From contig CAZFRW010000001.1 in assembly GCA_964521515.1 (NCBI GenBank), positions 7,639-71,638 on the forward strand: DNA of 64,000 bases. Reading direction: 5' to 3'. The translations under genes were made by a program, and so were the position numbers. Shown here piece after piece: positions 57,939-64,000 of the stretch (positions within the stretch are counted from its first letter, which is position 1; each line of letters opens with the position of its first letter). The notes under the pieces were generated by a model that saw nothing but the letters and a program-made list of their open reading frames with translations, ran no database searches and was not told where the DNA came from. The stretch comes from an uncultured Thermococci archaeon. Lineage in GTDB: Archaea > Methanobacteriota_B > Thermococci > Methanofastidiosales > Methanofastidiosaceae.

Positions 57939-58003
57939 GAATATTTTACCTAATTTTTTAGAAATACATATAACTTTTTAAATCAATAATAATTCCTTTC
58001 TTT

Positions 58004-58531
58004 ATGGAACAAATGAAAGAATATCTTCTTGTGACTACCCCCACAGCTAGGCAGTTTGATGGGATCTGGGAAGTAGAATGGGCGTTGGAAGGAGAGATAT
58101 TCGAGATTAAAAAAACGAAGTTCAAGGGAGTTCTCTTAGTTAAGTGCAAGAATGCCAGAAAAGCTGCCGAGACGCTTAGGGATTACGAGACAAGCGCCAT
58201 TCACAGAGTACTACCTTTTGATAGGTATGTCAATACAGACACTAATCTTATAACAGTTGAAGCAACTGATGTTGCGTTACCTAAAATTTTTAAAAGTGAC
58301 ACATTTGCCGTAAGATGTAAAAAAAGAGGTAAGGCAAACTTCAAGTCCCAGGACCTCGAAAGAGAAATCGGTGCAAAAATCGTTGAAGCAACAGGCGCAA
58401 AAGTAAATCTTGAAGACCCCGATATAAAGGTCATTATTCAAGTAATTGATAAAAAAACAGGAATTTCTGTTTTGAAAAGAGAAGAGATTATTAGAAAAGA
58501 TGTTCTTGAAGAAGATGCAGATTCATTCTAA
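58004..58531 (+). CDS. THUMP-domain RNA-binding protein
   Basis: 175 aa with the ferredoxin-like plus THUMP fold pattern (AVRCKKRGKANFKSQDLEREIGAKI). Confidence 0.6.
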   Translation: MEQMKEYLLVTTPTARQFDGIWEVEWALEGEIFEIKKTKFKGVLLVKCKNARKAAETLRDYETSAIHRVLPFDRYVNTDTNLITVEATDVALPKIFKSDTFAVRCKKRGKANFKSQDLEREIGAKIVEATGAKVNLEDPDIKVIIQVIDKKTGISVLKREEIIRKDVLEEDADSF

Positions 58532-58815
58532 ATCAAGTTCTTTTTTAATCCTTTAACATCTTTTTTGATATTTTTTATGGCTTCAAGAAGCGCATCTTTT
58601 GGTGATATTGTTCCGTCAGTATTAATTATGAACATTGGCCTTTTTCTATCTAGAAGAGGATGGTCTATTCTGTAAGCCGCCACCTTCACCTTTTCATTTT
58701 TTAATAAGGCCTCCCTTAATACATTACAAAGTGTATGATCCTCACCAATAATCCTAAATTCCATGAAACTTCCTTCATTTTTAATTACTTGTATATCCAA
58801 ATTAACCACCTGCAT
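58528..58815 (-). CDS. rpoL: DNA-directed RNA polymerase subunit L (Rpo11)
   Basis: EDHTLCNVLREAL matches the EDHTLGN signature of Rpb11/RpoL; 95 aa. Confidence 0.8.
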   Translation of the reverse strand: MQVVNLDIQVIKNEGSFMEFRIIGEDHTLCNVLREALLKNEKVKVAAYRIDHPLLDRKRPMFIINTDGTISPKDALLEAIKNIKKDVKGLKKNLI

Positions 58816-59392
58816 ACTCTCTTAGATATGAAAGAGCATCATCATAGCTTATATTTAAAGATACCGTTTCTGTATCATTAAATATCTTTTCGTCTATCCC
58901 TACGCTCAAAAGCTCCGAGGATAAAACATCATGTTCAATTGCAACTCTTACAATGATTTCTGTCACCGGCTTCGATACACCTTCTAAGTCTCCCAATAGG
59001 TAAGATATCTCCCCTGCAACTTTGGCAGCAACTGAAACGTGTGCAGAAGAAACTACATTTTCTTTTTCGACTTCAAACGAGTAACCTTTGTCACTTAGAA
59101 CTGCCTTTAGAAGTTTTACAGGAACAGTTACGCCGGCAATTTTAGAGATGCTGTCAAGATTGTATGAGAATATCCCTTTTTCTTCCTTGATTTCCTTTTC
59201 TTTTACCTCTTCTAAGAAACTTTTAATTGAATAGACTAAATCCCCCATACTACCGGGATTAAAAACTTTGACCTTTAAGGTATCATCAGATACATTAAAA
59301 GATATATCTTCAAATTTAGAAAGAAAACGGGCAATTTCTACTTTTTGATTGCCCTTGATTTTAAAACTTAAAACTCTTGTTTTTCTCTTCAT
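58802..59392 (-). CDS. conserved archaeal protein of the Csl4-RpoL operon (DUF54-type position)
   Basis: 196 aa, between csl4 and rpoL as in the second exosome-associated operon. No motif recognised. Confidence 0.45.
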   Translation of the reverse strand: MKRKTRVLSFKIKGNQKVEIARFLSKFEDISFNVSDDTLKVKVFNPGSMGDLVYSIKSFLEEVKEKEIKEEKGIFSYNLDSISKIAGVTVPVKLLKAVLSDKGYSFEVEKENVVSSAHVSVAAKVAGEISYLLGDLEGVSKPVTEIIVRVAIEHDVLSSELLSVGIDEKIFNDTETVSLNISYDDALSYLREYAGG

Positions 59393-59396
59393 CTTA

Positions 59397-59993
59397 TCAT
59401 AATTTAGCTTTCAAATAATCGTTTGCTGTCTTTCTTGTTTCCTTTGAACCGCAGTAGTTGCATTCAAGATTTCCATCAAGATTTCCATCCTTATTTTCAA
59501 GAGTTTTCTTGCAAACGCCACAAATAGCTCTGATTACTCCAAGACCATCTTCCGCAGTTGAAAGTCTTATTGAATCGCCCTGTGTATCTACAACTCTAGC
59601 TCTAACAACATCTCCATTTCTAAATTCTGTAGAGATAGTTTTTACATACTTTTTGTCAGTCTGCGAAACATATATCCTAGCTTTTGTGTTGGCTGAAAGC
59701 TTTTTGTCTGCGTATCCCTCTAATGCCAGAAGATCCACATAAACCATCTGTGGCTTGACGGATACTATCTCTCCGTAGACAATATCCCCCTCTTTTAGCT
59801 GAGGTAAAACATTTGTTTTTGAAATAACGCTTGCACTTCTTCTTGACATGTCAAGGTCTAAATCTCCTACCAGGGTAGCATATATCTTCCCATTCTCTTC
59901 ATATGCCCCGTCTCCTGGCAAATATTCTTCAGCAACACCTATGTAGTCACCTGGTATAACAAACTCTCTTTTAGTCTCTCCATTTGCTTCCAT
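59397..59993 (-). CDS. csl4: exosome complex RNA-binding subunit Csl4 (S1 domain plus C-terminal zinc ribbon)
   Basis: S1 domain (GDIVYGEIVSV) and a C-terminal CGVCKK...CNYCGS zinc ribbon. Confidence 0.75.
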   Translation of the reverse strand: MEANGETKREFVIPGDYIGVAEEYLPGDGAYEENGKIYATLVGDLDLDMSRRSASVISKTNVLPQLKEGDIVYGEIVSVKPQMVYVDLLALEGYADKKLSANTKARIYVSQTDKKYVKTISTEFRNGDVVRARVVDTQGDSIRLSTAEDGLGVIRAICGVCKKTLENKDGNLDGNLECNYCGSKETRKTANDYLKAKL

Positions 59994-60633
59994 TATAACA
60001 CCTCATGAATCTATAAAGTTCAACTTCAATCAGTACTTTTCTTTTCTTATGTACTTGAAACATCGCTTTTATTGGAAAATTGAAACTCTCTTTTTCAACT
60101 AGTTCAAAACTCTTCTCCAAAGCAACATTTCTGATGAAATCATAGTTCCCTTTCTTATGCAAGGAATACACAACATTTCCTATTTCAAAAGCCTTTTTCA
60201 AAAAATTGGTGTCCATATTCCTCTTTTTTGTACCAAAAGGCGGATTTTGAATAATAGTGTCCCCTCGCAGGAGGACGTCTAAAACGTCACCATCCTTAAT
60301 CTCGTATTCTCCTAAGATTTGATTACTTTTTAAAGTTAATGTTTTTAAATTATCGTTTAAAATCTCTATAGCCCTTTTATCTTTCTCTACAAAGTATACT
60401 TTTTTAGCTCCTAGTAGGAGAGAAGCTATCCCAAGTCTTCCAGTACCGGCTCCAAGATCAATTATGGTCTTCCCTTCTACATCTCCTCGGTGGTATGCAA
60501 ATAATACTATTTCGGCAGCAATATCCCCTGGTGTAGTGTACTGTTCCTCAAACATTTTGGGGTCTTCCATCTCTTTTAGATTAGAAAGAAATATTTCAAG
60601 CTGTTTTTTTCTCACAAAAATTAAAAATATCAA
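59971..60633 (-). CDS. N6-adenine-specific RNA methyltransferase (METTL5/RsmD-like, NPPFG motif)
   Basis: SAM motif I IIDLGAGTGRLG and catalytic IQNPPFG. Canonical partner of csl4 in the second exosome operon. Confidence 0.8.
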   Translation of the reverse strand: MIFLIFVRKKQLEIFLSNLKEMEDPKMFEEQYTTPGDIAAEIVLFAYHRGDVEGKTIIDLGAGTGRLGIASLLLGAKKVYFVEKDKRAIEILNDNLKTLTLKSNQILGEYEIKDGDVLDVLLRGDTIIQNPPFGTKKRNMDTNFLKKAFEIGNVVYSLHKKGNYDFIRNVALEKSFELVEKESFNFPIKAMFQVHKKRKVLIEVELYRFMRCYNGSKWRD

Positions 60634-61139
60634 AGGTATAAAAAGCCTACCTTTGATTGAAGAAATTGTTTTACTCCTTTATTTCTCATTATTATTTCCA
60701 TCAGTATGCCGAGTATAATAATTTCAGCAAACGCCTTCGCCAATATGGTGTATACAACAGGTAATGGAAGTCCGTATGGGATTTTTAATACTACAAGAGT
60801 TAGATATGTTAAAAAGGCTTCAGGCAGGTACCCAAAAAAGACCGCTATACCAGGTCTTGTCTTTTTGGACAGAATAGCAACAAAAATTCCTGTTAAGGCT
60901 TTAAATGGAGGAACGAAAAAATTCCCAAAAGTAACGCCCGGCCATATGCCGACTATAAATCCTGTAATACCTCCAAATATTGGGCCTAGTAATATAGCAG
61001 ATAAAACTGTACCTATGTGGGACAGATCAAGATAAACATTTGGCACCGGCGTTGGAATAAGTAGTATTGTTCCAAATAGAATCCCTATAGCTGCAAAAAT
61101 TGCTGTGAAGGCGATATTCTTTGAACTTTTTGCTTTCAG
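60630..61139 (-). CDS. bioY: biotin transporter BioY (ECF S-component); non-canonical start
   Basis: FAAIGILFGTILLIPTPVPNVYLDLSHIGTVLSAILLGPIFGG matches the BioY N-terminal pattern (IP...PVP.TLQ...V.L.G.LLGP..G). This helix lies upstream of the first canonical start (GTG 61046). The frame is open to 61160 with only ATT (61157) or CTG (61139) as candidate starts. Confidence 0.6.
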   Translation of the reverse strand: MKAKSSKNIAFTAIFAAIGILFGTILLIPTPVPNVYLDLSHIGTVLSAILLGPIFGGITGFIVGIWPGVTFGNFFVPPFKALTGIFVAILSKKTRPGIAVFFGYLPEAFLTYLTLVVLKIPYGLPLPVVYTILAKAFAEIIILGILMEIIMRNKGVKQFLQSKVGFLYL

Positions 61140-61205
61140 TGAATCACCAAAAAAAATTAATTAAGAGCATATATAAATATTTGGGTAGATACTTAAAAAT
61201 GGGTA

Positions 61206-62903
61206 TTACATCTCTTCCGGTGCTTTAATACCAAGAAGCCCCAAAGCATTATTCAGCACTGTCTTTGTAGCCTTAACAAGGGATGCCCTGAACTCTTTGT
61301 TTGTTTCAGCATTTAAGACATGGCATTCATGATAAAACTCGTTGAAGCATTTGGCAACATCATACACATAATTAGAGACAAAATCTGGTCTATACTCAAC
61401 TGATGCCCTCTGAACTACTTCTGGAAATTCTGAAAGCATAAACAATAACTTGTACTCCTTTTCGTTAAGGTCTTCTATTAAAAATTCAGGAGTTAAGTTT
61501 CCTATTTTATTTAGAATACTTGAGGCTCTAGCGTGTGCGTACTGTATATATGGGGCAGTGTCACCTTCAAAGTCCAAAGCTTTCTTCCAGTTGAAGATGA
61601 TCCTTTTGTTATTGTCCTTCATCATGCTGTATTTCAATGCACCCATAGTAACAATTTCAGATATACTTCCAGCATTTGATATATTTCTTTCTCTGACTTG
61701 ATTCAAGGCCTCTTTTTTCACAACATCCTTTAGTTCTGAATACAGGACAACATTTCCTTCCCTAGAGGACATCTTACCCTCTTCAAGCATGACAAGCTCA
61801 TATGAGAGATGATAACATTTTTTTGCCTGACTAAATCCCATAAGCTCTAATGTTTTGAAAAGTTGTTTGAAGTAGAATTTCTGCTCACTTCCAACAACAT
61901 ATAATGAAAGATCAATCTTAAAATCCTGAAATTTTCTCTCTGCAAGTGCAAGGTCTTTTGTTGAGTAAAGAGCTGTGCCATCGCTTCTTAAGATAACAAA
62001 TTCATCAAGTCCATAATCCTTAAGGTCAACTATAACAGCCCCTTCCTTAGTTTTTGCAATTCCTTTATCAAAAAGTTCACGTGCTATCTTGGTGCCTTCT
62101 TCCTTCACTTCACTCTCATATAAGAAAATATCAAAGTTAACTCCAAGTTCTTGGTAAATTCTATTAAACTCTTCAAGGCTCCACTCTCTTGTTGTCCTCC
62201 AGACTTCCATGGTCTTTTTGTCTCCTTCATAGAGATTCTTTAAGACGATCTTGTATTCTTCTTGATACTCTTCAGATTCTTTGAGTTTGTTGTCTGCTTC
62301 AGAGTAGATTTTCCCTAGAAAGTCTCCTTTATTTTGATCGGGGATAACGCCATCATAGAACTTCATATACCCCCATAAGCATTTAGCGACATGGGCTCCA
62401 ACATCGCCTATGTAATTGGCCCTTACAGTTTCATACCCGGAAAACTCCATTATATTGGCAAGAGCATCTCCAAGACAGACATTTCTAAGATGCCCTATAT
62501 GAAATGATTTGTGGGTGTTGGGTTGTGAATACTCAACCATTACCTTCTCTTTCTTTTTCTCACCTTTTCCGTATAAGCTATCTTCTCGGAGTATAATGCC
62601 CACAGTTTGTTTTGAGAAATATTTTCTATCGAAGAAGAAGTTTATATACCCTCCAGAAGTTTCTGCTCTTTCTACACCTTCTGGCAGGACAATATTTTCT
62701 GCAATATCCTTTGCAATCTGGATAGGATTTTTCTTTAGTTTTTTGGCAAGCTCAAAAGATAGAGGAGTTGCAATATCGCCTAGTTTAAAATCAGGCGGTC
62801 TTGAGAAAACTATCTCGACATCTAAAGTATTTTCTAAATTAATTGTTTTTCTTATTGAGTTTTCCAACTCATTCTTTAAATTTTTGAGCAATATTGTCCC
62901 CAC
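61206..62903 (-). CDS. argS: arginyl-tRNA synthetase
   Basis: Class I HIGH motif (PNTHKSFHIGHLRN), anticodon-binding C-terminal domain; 565 aa. Confidence 0.9.
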   Translation of the reverse strand: MGTILLKNLKNELENSIRKTINLENTLDVEIVFSRPPDFKLGDIATPLSFELAKKLKKNPIQIAKDIAENIVLPEGVERAETSGGYINFFFDRKYFSKQTVGIILREDSLYGKGEKKKEKVMVEYSQPNTHKSFHIGHLRNVCLGDALANIMEFSGYETVRANYIGDVGAHVAKCLWGYMKFYDGVIPDQNKGDFLGKIYSEADNKLKESEEYQEEYKIVLKNLYEGDKKTMEVWRTTREWSLEEFNRIYQELGVNFDIFLYESEVKEEGTKIARELFDKGIAKTKEGAVIVDLKDYGLDEFVILRSDGTALYSTKDLALAERKFQDFKIDLSLYVVGSEQKFYFKQLFKTLELMGFSQAKKCYHLSYELVMLEEGKMSSREGNVVLYSELKDVVKKEALNQVRERNISNAGSISEIVTMGALKYSMMKDNNKRIIFNWKKALDFEGDTAPYIQYAHARASSILNKIGNLTPEFLIEDLNEKEYKLLFMLSEFPEVVQRASVEYRPDFVSNYVYDVAKCFNEFYHECHVLNAETNKEFRASLVKATKTVLNNALGLLGIKAPEEM

Positions 62904-62945
62904 AGCAAAACTAAGTAAAATCTTTTTATCGTTTTTGGTTAATAA

Positions 62946-63521
62946 TTAAAAATTTAAGAAGATCTTTGAGGTGGCTTCTTCGGCTCCTGTCTTAACGTTT
63001 AGGAATGGTATATTTCCGTCATTTAGAAAATAAAATATTACAATTGCGTTTATTATCAAAAGAGCCACAACGAGAAGAATGAAAAACAGTTTTTGCTTTG
63101 ACATCCCACTTCTTTTTGGCGTTTCTCTTCTCCTAAGCGTCTTACCCCTTTCAACCATTGGACTCATGGGTGGCATGTCTCTAAGTTGAGGGGAATCTTC
63201 TTGTAGGAACTCACCTTTCATCCTTTCCGGGATTTCTTCATCTGTTATCCCTTGTTTTTCAAAACTTTCTTCAACAGGGGACACTGTCTCACTCTTCTGC
63301 TCAATATCTACCTCTTCAATAAAGACATCCTTGTTTTCATCTTTTCTAAATATCTCAGCAGGCCTCCCAAGCCTTACATGTGCGATGTTTAGAACCTTGC
63401 CACAGTTTGGACATGGCTGTTCTTCAATACACGTGAAATGAAAGGTCATGTTACAGTAACTGCAGTAACACATCTCAAGATTATCCTTTATTCTTTTGCT
63501 GCAAATGCCACAAGTTTCCAT
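62946..63521 (-). CDS. membrane-anchored zinc-finger protein
   Basis: N-terminal Cys cluster CGIC...CYCSYC...HFTC...CPNCG (RING/PHD-like), then an acidic/Pro-Met-rich linker and a C-terminal TM helix (FFILLVVALLIINAIVIFYFL). Confidence 0.5.
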   Translation of the reverse strand: METCGICSKRIKDNLEMCYCSYCNMTFHFTCIEEQPCPNCGKVLNIAHVRLGRPAEIFRKDENKDVFIEEVDIEQKSETVSPVEESFEKQGITDEEIPERMKGEFLQEDSPQLRDMPPMSPMVERGKTLRRRETPKRSGMSKQKLFFILLVVALLIINAIVIFYFLNDGNIPFLNVKTGAEEATSKIFLNF

Positions 63522-63632
63522 AATTATTATTTATTTTTTAAATATAAAAAGTTTAGCGTATACTTTTCATTATCTTTTGAAAATTAACCATAAATCATTT
63601 ATATCGAGAAAAATTAAATTATATCAGATAAG

Positions 63633-64000
63633 ATGAAAGCAAAAGAACCTTTAGATGATTTGACTGTTAATGATTTGAAAAAAAGAGCTAACAAAATTAG
63701 AAAACATATAATTGAAATGATTTATTCTGCCAAGTCTGGCCATCCTGGTGGCTCTCTTTCTTCGGCAGACATTGTAACATCACTATATTTCCATATAATG
63801 AATCATGATCCTAAAAATCCTTCATGGCTTGGGAGAGATAGATTCATTTTAAGTAAGGGACATGCATGCCCTTCCTTATATGCAGCTCTAGCCGAATCGG
63901 GTTATTTTGATGTAGGTGAGCTTAAAAATCTTAGAAAGCCTGAATGCTTGCTTCAGGGTCATCCCTGCACAAAGACTCCGGGGATAGAGATATCTACAGG
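63633..64000 (+). CDS. transketolase, N-terminal (TPP-binding) subunit, 5' part (runs off window end)
   Basis: SGHPGGSLSSADIVTSLYF and GHACPSLYAALAESGYF are canonical transketolase N-terminal motifs. Confidence 0.85.
   Translation, partial: MKAKEPLDDLTVNDLKKRANKIRKHIIEMIYSAKSGHPGGSLSSADIVTSLYFHIMNHDPKNPSWLGRDRFILSKGHACPSLYAALAESGYFDVGELKNLRKPECLLQGHPCTKTPGIEIST

Noticed and set aside
57958-58149. 63-aa minus-strand ORF in the DUF192/THUMP intergenic region
   Set aside because: It has no start context or motif and overlaps the inverted-repeat-containing promoter region, so it is more likely non-coding.
1-64000. CRISPR arrays, transposases/IS elements, integrases, prophage or plasmid modules, rRNA and tRNA genes
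   Set aside because: I scanned for direct repeats with regular spacing, for DDE/tyrosine-recombinase-like ORFs and for GC-rich tRNA-like islands. None were found, and the only GC-rich intergenic island is the 9645-9885 element. The window looks like core chromosome.

Overview
This is an AT-rich archaeal chromosomal segment, roughly one-third GC by eye. It is densely packed with core informational genes in classic archaeal operon arrangements. I count about 86 protein genes, two of them edge-truncated. The MTAP fragment, ribosomal protein L39e, the 54-aa zinc-ribbon protein and RpoP were found by my own translation and are absent from the ORF track.

The recognisable operons and genes are:
- Divergent MTAP and deoxyhypusine synthase.
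- The L39e-L31e-aIF6-LX-prefoldin-alpha cluster.
- S19e, a PDCD5-like DNA-binding protein and a PP-loop ATPase.
- An osmoprotectant ABC transporter (binding protein, ATPase with CBS pair, two permeases).
- A single-chain nifJ-type pyruvate:ferredoxin oxidoreductase translationally coupled to a PyrD-like flavoprotein.
- A thyX, dCMP deaminase, kinase-like gene, RFC small, RFC large, aminotransferase co-directional run.
- SRP19 and HypA.
- The complete exosome superoperon: Pop5, proteasome alpha, SBDS, Rrp4, Rrp41, Rrp42, L37ae, RpoP, Brix, then Hjc.
- A three-gene RPA41/14/32-type RPA operon followed by a SLOG/DprA-like Rossmann protein.
- The second exosome operon (RNA methylase, Csl4, conserved protein, RpoL), plus ArgRS and a transketolase N-terminal subunit.

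I found no rRNA, tRNA, CRISPR array, transposase, integrase or prophage signal.

The regions I would look at again are:
- A GC-rich, roughly 240-nt structured-RNA candidate at 9645-9885, between convergent genes.
- A six-gene plus-strand cluster at 48910-53774. It begins with a membrane-anchored long-form class II chelatase. It contains an HgdC/BadF-type ATPase and a McrC-like protein, and resembles the methanogenesis-marker (Mmp) cluster that encodes the methyl-coenzyme M reductase activation machinery. No other methanogenesis gene lies in the window.
- An atypical kinase-like protein embedded in the dTMP-synthesis/RFC operon.
- Three genes (the transporter ATPase, the SLOG protein and BioY) whose conserved N-termini lie upstream of any in-frame ATG/GTG/TTG. 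This suggests ATT or CTG initiation, or local sequence errors.
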